This document shows, piece by piece, positions 38,700 to 49,934 of a stretch of 64,000 nt of DNA. The DNA lies in assembly GCA_051362555.1 (NCBI GenBank), contig CM120649.1, positions 5,022,001-5,086,000 of the forward strand, in the 5' to 3' direction. The notes beneath the pieces are model-generated. The model was not told the origin of the DNA, did not search any database, and saw nothing but the letters and a program-made list of their open reading frames with translations. The DNA comes from Lingula anatina (taxonomy: Eukaryota > Animalia > Brachiopoda). Position numbers and translations under genes: made by a program. Each line of letters begins with the position of its first letter. Position 1 is the first letter of the stretch.

Positions 38700-41600
38700 A
38701 ATAAAATTAAATATCCTCAGGATGGTTGCACGCCTCTTCATTCAGCTGCTAAGGCTGGGTATGAAGCAGCTCTCCTCATTCAACAAGGGGCTGATTCCTG
38801 CAGTAAAAGCAGAGTAGGTATATGTATGTCATTTTAAATACCTTCCCCCTTTCTCATGCATTCTCATATGTGAACATTATATGCGGGTTCTATACTAACT
38901 AGCACTAATACGAGTATGAACCGATTGTGTCATGTCATTAATCTAAATATATAAAGAGAAAAAATGAACTAAGTAGGCTAAGTCTCTTTTCTCGCTGTTT
39001 TCTCAGCCCTACAGCTGTTACGACCCGGAGGTCTCATCGGGGGCTAAAACAGATCAAATACAAAATCTTAGTTCATTTTTGGGTAGAGATCTTTTCCAAA
39101 GTGAATATTATATATATGCAATGAAATGGCGAATTCCAAAGTCAAGTCCAGTTCCTATATCCGTATATCAAAAATGTGTAAATTTTCAAAATAAAGAACT
39201 ATTACGTTGGAAGGAACAGCTAACTATACGAGGGCAAATTTCTCTCCCATTTTCTCGCCCCTAAATTTCTCATGCATACCCTCAAATTTAATTGCCATAT
39301 TTAATTTTTGTAGTATACTATATACCTCTACTACCGGTGTATATCTCCAGTATTCTATATTTTTTGTGCCCTTAGTATGATCTATGAGAAAAAAAATTGC
39401 AGTCTTGATGAACCAATCAAAATCGATATCTTAGCAAATATGTTGGTGTTGCAAAGTTGCCAAAAGATGGTGTACAAACGTCGGCTAATGTATGAATATC
39501 GAAAAATAAAATTAAAGGCCTATGATTGGCATTTAATGCATTTGGTATCAATTATCTCGAGCCAACATGTTATCATTAATCTCCACATCGTCCTTGGGGA
39601 TGGTAAAGTTTCGTTTCCCGTTACATTGGTAACGGCCATTTTATCATAGCATTAAATCAAATCGTGTTTGATTACAATGTTTACTTTTTGATTGTTTAAG
39701 GAATTGTCAACAGGTCATGATCAATAACAAAAATCATGTGCTTTACACAATCGTGACAATGGATAAAATAATGGTATTAACTTGCCAGATTTCATGTTTT
39801 TTATTATAAACGGAACGGATATTTAATAATTTATTGTTTTGATTATAGAGTGATTTGGAACGAAGTAGTGAAGTGCAGATGCTTTTAAAGAAGTTTGAAA
39901 GTGGTTATGTCCAGGTAGGTTGATGCACACCAAACAAGGTTATAATGTAAGATTTATGAATATCTTTCCAACATGAAATACATACCAACAATCAATTGAC
40001 TTGAACCACTAATATGATGCATCTTTCATATTTGTTTTGGAACCACGTGGTCTTTTATGTTTGTTTTTGTGTGACATATGGACATTTGGATGCAACCATA
40101 ATATCTTAAGCAAGAAACAGGTTCCATCTTTAAAAATAGTGTTTGTGTTGGGGACTCTGCAATATAATGAAACTGATATCGGTAACCATGACCGCCATCT
40201 GACTAGGAAGGGAAAGTTAGAGACGCACATGTACGTGATATATAATCTTTCAGGCTATTAACACTAATTGGCTCTGAGCATCTCTGTAACATGAACGACC
40301 AGCTCGCACGACATTATTTCCAATTTCATTTCACGTAAAAACTTGGTTAGCCTCCTGGTGACTGCAAACCCTAGCCATCCTATGTATACCCTGCTAAAAT
40401 AGTTACTTAGATTTTATATTGGTCCTGCCATTTTTGACATAGTCATTCTGTGAAATTATAAATTGTTGTCATGTCCACGGGTGCCCATAGAACTTACTAG
40501 TAGGTATGCCGAGGAATTTTGCGACACCATTCTTAAATTCAAATTTATTCTATTCAAATAAAAGAATTTGAAATTAGGTTAACGTTCTATGTATGTATCA
40601 TTAAAATTCAACACTATATGTTTTCAGCAATTCATGATAACGAAGACGCTGGAGCATGTCTCTGCCGATATGAGCCTTGGGATCATTAATGATTTTCCTG
40701 ATGAAGTTCAAAGACAAGTCCAATGGCTGAAAGATTGGACAAATGCAAATAATTTCAAAACTATTCAAGAAATAAAAGCTGGACTTTCAGCTCAAGGACG
40801 CGAGGAGCTTTGCGGTGAGTTATAACTCTGAATATGACCGTATGTACGTATGAATAGCTTTGCTACTATTACCTTTTTTCATTCCGTAAATCTTATTTAA
40901 ACCTGAACGCTATTTCAGTTTTTTTAATTTTTATTTGAACACAGACTGCTTGATTTGATGTCTCGTTACACCGGCATGTTTATGGTTCTTAAAGTTAAAT
41001 CATACTTTAATGACAGAATACTTCTGAAGTGTATACAGCTCGTTCAGTAATTTTCCATAGTAAGTGACATATTTTACTTGTAATAGCTATTTCATTTTTG
41101 TTTTTGTTAATTGTTTGTTATTTTGTAATGTGCGTTTTCCAGACTCGATTTGTAAACGATATAAAACTTTCATTGTGTGTTTCAGAACTTGCTGCAGAAC
41201 AGTATGCTACTGTCGTCATGGAGATCATAAATATGTCTACGGAACACTACCAAGGTTTTTGTGAAGGACTTTCAGCAGCCCAGTTTATGCTTCAAGAGCG
41301 TCAACCAGCTGCGTTAGAAACACAAAGCCAGGAAATCGGGTATGATATTTACAATACTTTATATGAAATCTTTCTACATTTTTTTTTTTACCAGAGAGGA
41401 ACGTGAAACGAAAAACGAAATACACCTCTCACGTTTGTCCTTAGCTAAGTAAGCCCTAATTTAATATTTCTCGCTGGTAAGTTTATAGCAGACAACCGAA
41501 CATAGGCCTACAAGTACTGAAATAAAGAAACTGGTCAGCCTGGGCTCTGAAACTTGAATTAGCTATTATCTTGCTCTATAATTAAAACTTATTTTATTAT

Positions 41601-42548
41601 CCTAGCATGGAGCTTGAATCCTACAAATATGATGCGTTCCTGATTCACAGCGGTGAGGATAATTCCAAAGTCGAAGAAGTTTTGGAGCAGCTCGAGTCAC
41701 GTGGAATCCTTTGTTGTTATGCACCACGTGATTTCCCACTCGGAAGAAGCATATTTTCTTGCATAGAAAACGCCGTGGAATTGTCCAGGTGTACTGTGGT
41801 CATGGTGTCTGAGAACTTAATGAAAAGCACGTGGTGCAAGCATGAACGAGATGTGGCCGAGGTCAAGGCAAGGGACACGGAAGGTTATTCGGTGATTCCT
41901 GTGCTTTTGGACTTCGAACCGTCGGATCTGCCAAGTTGTTACAAAGTCAGAAAGTTCATCCCCGCTGATTGCCAAGATTTTATTCCCAAACTGGCCAAAG
42001 CTATTGAAGGTACTTTTTTAAGGCGAAGTGATGTTAATTTACTATTTTTGAAATCCATGCAATTTATTTCCGATCACTATTGATTTAAACACACTCTTTA
42101 AACTACTAGAAGAATCACAATCAATACACACACTCTTATAACGTTAATATAAGTTTTCATACATACGTTCAAAACGTTATTTTGAATTAAAATCTGGCTG
42201 ATAAAAGGCTGATAAAGGCTGATAAAAATCATTGGTTCAAACCACAAGTTGTCAACAGCTACGGTATAGTAAAACTTTACGGTAGAGTAATTGTAATCTC
42301 TGATAATTGCGTTAAAATATGTTAGGTGCTCGATAGGTTACAAAATTGCTCATTATTGTGATAAAATTATAACGTCTACATGTTTTGAATTGCAAGGTCC
42401 GACAGCTGATCCGTGCTTTGGCCAACTCCGCAGGGAAAATGAAGCATTGAAACAAGAGATGGAAGGGATGAGTCAGCAACTTGAAGATTCAAATGCAACG
42501 ATCAGGCAACTGCAGGCAAATTTGGTGTCGTTTACACTGTATAATTAG
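23393..42548 (+). CDS. ankyrin-repeat + death-like domain + TIR domain + coiled-coil protein (~760 aa; MyD88-like module with N-terminal ankyrin array)
   Basis: Exons: 23393-23533; ankyrin exons 24377-24475, 25141-25239, 32216-32305, 32612-32710, 33017-33115, 33409-33507, 33740-33838, 34094-34192, 35441-35539, 35804-35902, 36191-36289, 38721-38813 (all phase 0, [27 protein letters not shown]); death-like 39849-39914 and 40628-40814 ([26 protein letters not shown]); linker 41186-41339; TIR 41606-42009 ([19 protein letters not shown]); coiled coil 42397-42548. Phases join without stops. The 3' end is uncertain. Confidence 0.88.
23875..23956 (-). repeat. inverted copy of the intron segment that precedes most ankyrin exons
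   Basis: Reverse complement aligns to 33253-33335 with about 11 differences in 83 nt by eye, and more weakly to ~24281, ~24612, ~32471, ~32885, ~33668, ~33955 and ~35676. Confidence 0.85.
26627..27696. mobile_element. TA-flanked MITE (Tc1/mariner-pogo type ends)
   Basis: TIRs ctctgaagtatcaaataaa / tttattcgatacttcagag, TA on both sides, subterminal ccacccagtac repeats. Confidence 0.75.
27729..27938. mobile_element. short MITE
   Basis: TIRs ccctttacactggggcggcgtccttt / aaaggacgccgtccagtgtaaaggg. Confidence 0.7.
28400..30620. repeat. ~155-165 bp tandem repeats with a larger ~0.7-0.9 kb duplication (Helentron-associated-type array)
   Basis: aacactgtaa(g/a)cacatttcaaggagaaccaataagcctgttttcatgaaactcacagaactgatg recurs at about 29172, 29335, 29490, 29652, 30046 and 30221. 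The block tcagatttgattgtcaggcatg recurs at about 28936, 29811 and 30473. Confidence 0.85.
31723..32095. mobile_element. foldback-type MITE with GGACAAT(C)n terminal repeats inside a GT/GTAT microsatellite
   Basis: Left arm ggacaatcccc repeats, right arm ggggattgtcc repeats in inverted orientation. Confidence 0.7.
34976..35358 (+). mobile_element. Helentron-associated (HINE/DINE-like) element, 5' truncated
   Basis: gttt microsatellite, caacataac..aaaaagttatgga core, 3' ccttagcggaggtttgcgctctcggagtgcttttctagtt. Same family as 37487 and 47366. Confidence 0.7.
36996..38277. mobile_element. PIF/Harbinger-type non-autonomous element inserted in the LINE, CTG TSD
   Basis: Ends agcccgtattccaag / ctgaaatacgggcc, CTG duplicated at 36993-36995 and 38278-38280. 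Its removal restores the LINE frame ICPGLSY. Confidence 0.8.
37487..37949 (+). mobile_element. Helentron-associated (HINE/DINE-like) element nested in the Harbinger element
   Basis: 5' ttacttccgccaaggagg (start duplicated), gtct/gttt microsatellite, two core repeats, 3' ggagtgcttttctagtt. Confidence 0.75.
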
Positions 42549-43116
42549 CAGCAACATAGATATTATATTCTCAAATGCTGCACTGAAAGGAAATGTTGCT
42601 TATTGTGTGACCTTTTTAAATATTGGCGCCTCTAATTGTAAATGTACATTTAAACCCCATTCTCACTGGGGGTCTCATTTTTCTTACTGGTACATGTATA
42701 TGTTACGTATACGTACGATGGGTGTAGTGAGTGAGGGGACGCTGATCTTGCTTACTAATACGTACCCGTATTCTCTGACCACAGGGTGCGCTATTGGAGC
42801 AATTTTGAGGAACACGTTCCTCGCCAGACATACTCTTTATATTTAGCCCGGGGGGGGGGGGGGGGGGGATTTCTCGCCTAGGTGCGGAGTATTGCACATC
42901 CAAGTCCAGAGTCCCGCTGAATAATAACACAGGACACCGCAATTACCCCCCCCCCCCTCCCCTCTAGTTGCAGAGCCACCGTTTAAGGGGTGTGTGGGGC
43001 TAGGGCATTCACATTATCCCAGACTGTCCACCTATTCCCACAGAACCCCACAGTGTGATGTTCTATATTATTTTAGGGGCCCTGATAACAAAGGGTAACG
43101 TTACCGTATGCATGTA

Positions 43117-44510
43117 CACACACTGGACAAAAGAAGTGTCACCCCTACTGAGCCAATACTATGGGGGAGATAAATGACTGTGGAATGATATGCTCCTGGT
43201 ATAATTTTATTAACATCAAATTTGACAAAAAAATCACAAAATGAGAACAAAATATACATTCTACCAAAATATGCAGTTTCAAGTCCAAAATTAGTGCTTA
43301 GTGGCATAGCCTCGTGACCTAATAATAGGTGCCAGTCTACGAAGCAAGGTTTCATATAATTGTCTGATGCGTTCAGGGCTTATGCTGGCCCAAGCATGAA
43401 ACACTGAATATAACAGAGTTTCTCTGTTGGTTAGACGGGCATTTGTCTAAAGTTTTGACATATCATTCCACACATTTTCTATTATGTTTGCATCCGGACT
43501 CTGGGCAGGCCACATCACCCTGCGAATGTCCTGTTGGTCAAACCAATCATCAACTGCTCTGGGCCAGTGACAAGGAGCATTGTCATCCTGGTGAACAAAT
43601 GGATAATTCCTGTCACCAAACATGTTAGTAATAGATGGTAGCAAGCCTGACTCCAAAGCATCGATATATTTCTAGTGATTCATGTTTCCATTAACCACTA
43701 TCAATTCGCCCAAGCCATGGATGTTGATGCAGCCCCACACCATGATGAATATGCTGCTCCGGGTTCGAGAATTCAGTTCATGTGGTTCAAATGCTTTACC
43801 AGCAGTTTGCCAGCATAGTACCCGTCTGTCATCAGAGGTCAGACCAAAGCGACACTCATCAGAAAAAATATATAGGACCAATTGTCATGAACTGTCCAGT
43901 TCCAGATCCTGTTGACCCTAGTTTACTCTACGTTGCCTGTTTTGTAACGATTTAAGAGGTTTCAGTCTTGCTACCCTGCTGTACACTCTCTGAGCATGTA
44001 ACCGACGCCTAGCAATTTTCACAGACACATACTTATGTGTGAAATTGTTCCACTGTGTTGTCAACTGACAAGCAGTGTCAAACTTTGACAACCTGGACAT
44101 CAAAATCAGTCGTCGGTCTTCACGGCCAGTATTTTTTCTTAGACGACCCATCAGAGGCAATTTGTCTTTTGATCCAGTGTTTCTATACCGAGACCAGACC
44201 CTCTGCACGGTTCTGACTGAACAATTCAATTGTATCGATATTCTGACATTGCTTATATTCCGCCTCTTCAGGTTAATAACTTGCACCTATAACCGTTAGA
44301 TAATTGCCTGTATGATGTATCTTGTCATATTGAAGGAAGACAGGAATAACATTTGCTGTACATGTACGAGACCAACAATACAATTCCATGGTATAGCGGT
44401 TTTATACTCATTAGTCACATTATAAGTAGAACAGGCATTATAAGTACCCAAGACCTGCATACTTTTATTACTCCGAGTTAGGGGGTGACACTTCTTTTGT
44501 CCAGTGTGTG
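43117..44510 (-). mobile_element. Tc1-family transposon with a disrupted transposase
   Basis: TIRs cacacactggacaaaagaagtgtcacccc at both ends, flanked by TA. Minus-strand fragments: HTH region (CSVRTVQRVW), FSDEC, IMVWGCI, HQDDNAPCH, WPAQSPDANIIENVW, broken by stops and frameshifts. Confidence 0.93.
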
Positions 44511-44622
44511 TATGTATGTATGTGTGTATGTACAGTATGTATGTACTGGGGTACCAGTAGTATATGTAAATGTATATACTGTATATATGTGTGACTAATT
44601 AGCAATGTGTCTTAAACACCAG

Positions 44623-45310
44623 GGGCCGGTTTCACAAAGCAGTAGTTAGTTAGCGATCGGTAGTTAGCCTCTCGCTAGTTATAGTGCCGTTTCACGAAGC
44701 AGTCGCTAGTTCTCTCGCTCTTTATTGTGTCGTTGTTACCATGGATATTTAGCGACTGGTCAGACCAGTCGCTAACTCTAGAGTTTCATCGTACGCATGC
44801 GTAATGAGTGAAATAAAAAGGTTGCTTAGTTACCATTGTCTGTCGTTTGTCTTTGTATCCAATATGGCGACGACCTTTTTTTGCTATCCGTACCCCCAGA
44901 CGGCAACGTAGACTACGACGTTTTCATGAAAGGCAGAATCTATTAGAATATACACGCGATGATGCAATTTACGAGAGGTTGCGCCTAGCTGTGACAAAAA
45001 GAGCGGCTAAAAGGTGGTGGAGATCCTTTACGACGACCTCAAAGCAGACGTTCTTATGCATTTCCAGCCGCCGGAAATTGGAGAGTTAGTGCTTTCGCGA
45101 CACTTTTACGCAAGAGTTCCACTTCCGGTAGACTGTTTCGAGACTACGGTGAGTAACGAGAGAACTAACGACCGAACTTTACGACTGAACTTAGCGATGA
45201 GTTAACTACTGCTTCGTGAAACACCCCTCGAAAATCGCTAAGTTTGCTCGTTAGCGAGGTAGTTCAGTAGTTAGTTGTTCTAACTAACTACTGCTTTGTG
45301 AAACCGGCCC
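44623..45310. mobile_element. PIF/Harbinger internal-deletion derivative, CAG TSD
   Basis: ~30-bp TIRs gggccggtttcacaaagcagtagttagttag, CAG on both sides. A short internal peptide (RRFHERQNLLEYTRDDAIYERLRL) resembles Harbinger transposase N-termini. Confidence 0.85.
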
Positions 45311-45704
45311 CAGGCCCATTTGGGTCAAATATTTTGCCATTATATGCATTTACTTACGCAAGTAGTCTGATTTTCTTTCTGCCTATGTCTCTTTTTAAAA
45401 ACCATCAAGTTGCCGTTATAGCATAATACGAGTGTATTATTCATCATTGTATCCATAACAACTTTATTTTAAATATGGGTGGCGTGAATTTTAGTGACAG
45501 ATATTCTTGCTTAAGTAAAACAAAAAAAAAAAAAAAAAGAAAAAGAAAGAAACAGTGAGGAGTGAAACTGTGCGAAATAACCTTACTAATTCTTGGCAAA
45601 CAAGTAAACGTAAAGCATCAATTCATTTCAATTTGTAAGTAAAAGGCAGTCAAATTACTTTTATATGAGCAGATGAAGATGCATGGTAATTCTGAAGTAA
45701 AGTA

Positions 45705-45878
45705 CCGGTGTGACAGGAATGGAAGTCCGCTAGGAACCATAGTCCGTCCCCCATCACTTTGTACAGGTGGCATTCGTCTCAAATACTAACCCAATAATAC
45801 TACGACTAACCCTAACCTGTAGTTATCATACGGGACCCCGAACTTCCTTTCCTAGGATTACCATTCCTGTCACACCGG
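45705..45878. mobile_element. short MITE with internal taaccc repeats (family with several local copies)
   Basis: TIRs ccggtgtgacaggaatgg / ccattcctgtcacaccgg. Related copies at about 46317-46488, 48195-48355, 55041-55200 and, inverted, 62747-62945. Confidence 0.75.
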
Positions 45879-46757
45879 TTTTGGATACGGTCTTCCAGTA
45901 GGATCAATGTAGCACAAATTTGTACTTTTTTTTCCAAACGTAATCTGTAATTTTGTATTTTTAGAAGAACTTCCGTTCTGTGTATTTCATATAATATTTT
46001 TTTTTCTGTTTTAGTTAAAATCTACCTGTTTGTGAGATGAAATTTGTTGAATTTCTGAGAATTTTTCACGTTTTACCGACAACAAACTTTACTAGACGTA
46101 ATCCATTCTATTTAATTTTATAATTAACTTTTGGTAATCAGTTTTTGATTCTTTTGGTTTTGTGAAATTTTGATTGATTTGGAAAAATAAAATTGCTTCG
46201 CAAATTATGTGGCCGTTTATTTTTTTAGTTTTTCATGTTGTTTTTGTCACATAAATACCATACAGCCTACTGATAGATTGGACACGTGGCATACACCACA
46301 AGCAATCCAAGAGTTTCGGTGTGACGCGACATAGAGTCCCCCATTGACAGAGAGTCCGCTTCCCATTCATTTGTACAGGTAAGCCTCGTCCTAGATTTGA
46401 CCCACCTAGGTCAGGCTAACCTTAACCATAATGGCTAAATGGAGGGCGGATTTTCTGTTTCACGGACTCTTAGTTTCTTTACATCGGCCGTATGCAATAA
46501 TAAAGTGCAGTGCATACAGTGTACGCCATTGCCTCTCTATCAGAGCTTAAGCGACCTTGTCAGATAATCGCTACATGAAGTAAGTTTTTTCGCCAGCGTG
46601 ATCTTTTTCATGACGATAGCAGTGTCTCGATCTTTTCTCACAAATTTCAATGCTGAAATATTGGTAACAGTGACTGTTGGTCCGAGCACCGTACATGTAC
46701 TAACGTACACACATGAGCTGATGACTGCATGTGTACCTGCAATATTGTGGAAAGGAT

Positions 46758-46925
46758 CAGGGGCGGATCCAGAGATATTTTCTGACAGTCTTCCAAATTA
46801 TCTTTGTTGATCCTTCCACCATTTTTGACCGTCTTCCGACAGAAAAAAATAAATACCCGTCAATGTAAACTTGAAAATCTGACCGTCTTCCGGAAGACCC
46901 AGAAGACCCCCTAAAGCCGCCCCTG
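46758..46925. mobile_element. short MITE with CAGGGGCGG termini
   Basis: caggggcgg ... ccgcccctg with AGGAT on both flanks. Confidence 0.65.
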
Positions 46926-47365
46926 AGGATTACTCATGTTCTCAATTTCTTTACTGCAAGAAAATAAGCTGGTTTTACTAGACCCGCGCTGAGCCCAGAT
47001 CATTCCCACTTGTTGTTTACTTGTGTAGTCAATGTCGGTAAGCTTTTACTGTAACCTCGATCGTTAAAGAACTACTAAGAAGGTCAGTATTTGTATGTAT
47101 TTACAAAAAAAAAACTAGGTCAGGTAGACGATTAGGGCTGAAAACGATATAAAAATCAGAGACCTGAGCATGGAAATTTGGATTCATTTAGGTAATGACA
47201 ATAAAATATATTATTTTTATAGTTTGCAGCTTGACTTATATTACATGTCACAGTTGTTATTTTCACGACCTGACCTGACATCATAACGTGAGATTTTATT
47301 CATGTAAACCAGATTATTGTATTCATTTAGGAAATAAGGTTGTTCAATCAAAGCCTTTTAAGTAG

Positions 47366-47603
47366 TTACCTCCGCCAAGGAGGTTATGTTTTCATCCCTG
47401 TTTGTCTGTTTGTTTGTTTGTTTGTCATCAACACAACTCAAACAGTTATGGACCGATTTTGATGAAACTTTCAGGAACTGTCAGAAGTGGGCCAAGGAAG
47501 AGATGATAAATTTTTGGTGGTGATCCGGATCAATAATCAATCAATAATCAATAATAATAATAAAAATCGCTGCCTTGGCGGAGGTCTGCGCTCTCGGAGT
47601 GCT
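47366..47603 (+). mobile_element. Helentron-associated (HINE/DINE-like) element
   Basis: Subterminal inverted repeats cctccgccaagg / ccttggcggagg, microsatellite, 3' hairpin gcgctctcggagtgc. Confidence 0.75.
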
Positions 47604-47844
47604 ACATGTAACTGAAATGAAAGTCACTTCTCAGAGACCACCTGTACGTCGCTACTGGATATTAAATCATTAAGTCATGTCTATAGTTTACAACTTCTGC
47701 AGTTGAGGCTGATGCCTGAATACATGTAACATACATTTGGCGTTTTTCGCCATGACTTTAAGGAAAAGATAATTTTTAGTTTTTTGCCAGTTGTTTATAA
47801 TTTTTTAGAGATTAAGTCCTCGATCGGTTCTCTGAGTGCTTTTC

Positions 47845-47879
<35 letters not shown>

Positions 47880-48730
47880 CTAGAAAAATACTCAGAGAGC
47901 ACACCCTTTGCTAAGACCAGTAAATAACTAGTACTGTATTAAACTTTTACTTACTCAAAATTTCTATTTGGCCTATGTCTTAATATCTGTCTGGATTTCA
48001 ATGACATAGTGGACATACCTGTACAGTCTGTACAATGTGCATTCTTTGTTATCAGGTTTGAGTGGTTGTCAGGTTTAAAAATAGACCTGACCTATTTAAT
48101 AAGCCAGTGCTCGCCTTTGACAGAGCAGCTGGACTAAAGTCGAATAATACACCAGTCAATGCCGGTAAGTATTATGTGTTGTATGCTTTACAGCCGGTGT
48201 GGCAAGAATAGAAGTCCGCTAAGGACCGTAGTTCGTTCCCTTTTACTTTATACAGGTGACATTCGTCCCATATACTTTTAAGTATGTTAAAACCCCATAC
48301 CCAGACTTACCCTTACCTGTACGAATCCTATGGGGCCACCATTTGTATCACACCATCAAATTGTAAGTCTTCTAGTACAAATTGTTTGCCTTTAAAGTCG
48401 CTCCCAAGATGTTAGATTTTGTCCACATCGTCAATATTTCCACCTAGTCAGGTCACCAGGTGTGAAATGATGAGAGGCTTGGGACAGCAACGTGTTTGCA
48501 TCAGACTCGTAACTGGGGGTACAGGAAGGAGATAATAAAAGAGACGCCATTTTGGCCAGAAAAGAACAGAAAAGTCGGCCATCTACTAAAGGCGAATAAC
48601 AGGCCAGTGCGTAGGCAGCTGGGAATGGGGGGAGGGGGGGGCGAGAAAACCAGCCCTTTGACCGAAAAAAGGTGACTGACTGACTAGAAATTCGATGATC
48701 TAGGATCTCTGACATTTTTCAAGTTGGGCC

Positions 48731-49425
48731 ATAACATAACATAACATAACATAACATAACATAACATAATTTTATTTCACGTCAGTTTTCCAACAAGCAC
48801 AACACTAGCCATAGCAGGCTAATATCACCGACAGAATGAAATAAATTAATGTGAAGTACTATAATAGTGATATAAAATTTAAATAAATAAATAATTTATT
48901 TTTATATGCAGTTGTTTTACCTGAGAAAATATTAAAAGTATTTAAGTGTTTAACACTATTGATTGTATAAAAGTGAGATGTTGCCTTAGAGGCTACCTGA
49001 GATTTAAAACCAGAATGCCTTTTAGGCTATACATTTGCACACAATTCACATTTCCAGTTTGACTGGGGTGTCCAGTTTTGGACCATACCTTTAAAAGTGT
49101 CCAGATCTTTACAATTTTTCATTGATACTGGCAACATATTCCATAGTTTAGCACCACTGTAGGCTAATGAATTTAATCCATAGCATTTTGTCCTGCAGTG
49201 CTTCTGAAGCAACTGATTTGAGTTCCTTAAGCTGTAAGGTACTTCTTTAACACTGAACAAATCCCACATGAAAGGTGGGGAGAGCTTATTTACTGATTTA
49301 AACACTTCAATTATTACAGCTCTATTCCTAGAAAGCTCAAGAGTAGATAACCCTGCTTTCTCTAGTAATGTACTATAACTAGACTCAGAATCATCATACA
49401 CAAACTTTAAGGCTCTGTACTGAAT
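48731..49425 (-). mobile_element. 3' fragment of a CR1/L2-group LINE
   Basis: Minus-strand IQYRALKFVYDD..SYSTLLEKAGLSTL..YSLRN..GAKLWNMLP C-terminus, 3' UTR, AATAAA and (TTATG)n tail. Confidence 0.85.
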
Positions 49426-49772
49426 GATCAGCTACATGTAGAGTCTCAGTCGTAGGTAAGGGGTAAAACAGGCCACCCTCAAAATATTGCTGATTATAGG
49501 CCTGGAAATAGGAACAATATCAAATATAGCCTTTATTGGCGGTATTAGGGATGAGGTGGTGATGGTGGGGGTGGGGGTAACTATTCAGAAAAAGTAAGTG
49601 AGAGGGTGAGGCTATTTTCCTTAGCCTTCCCATTTGCTTGTGGTTGATATGTTGGACTATACCTTTACATGTTGCTGTATTATTTTACCATGGTAAAAGA
49701 CTGCAGTCTTCGTGTTTAAACTGACACTGCCTGCTTGCACGAATGTTAACTTTACCTGTATTTCTTTTACAT

Positions 49773-49893
49773 ATGAAGGGACTAATGGATATTTCCCAAA
49801 CCACTTCGGTGCTGCTCGTGTTCATCATCACGTTCCTCGTGGTGTGGTTATGGAGACGACGTGAAAAGGTAGGATGAATACTTAATAAGTTCA

Positions 49894-49934
<41 letters not shown>

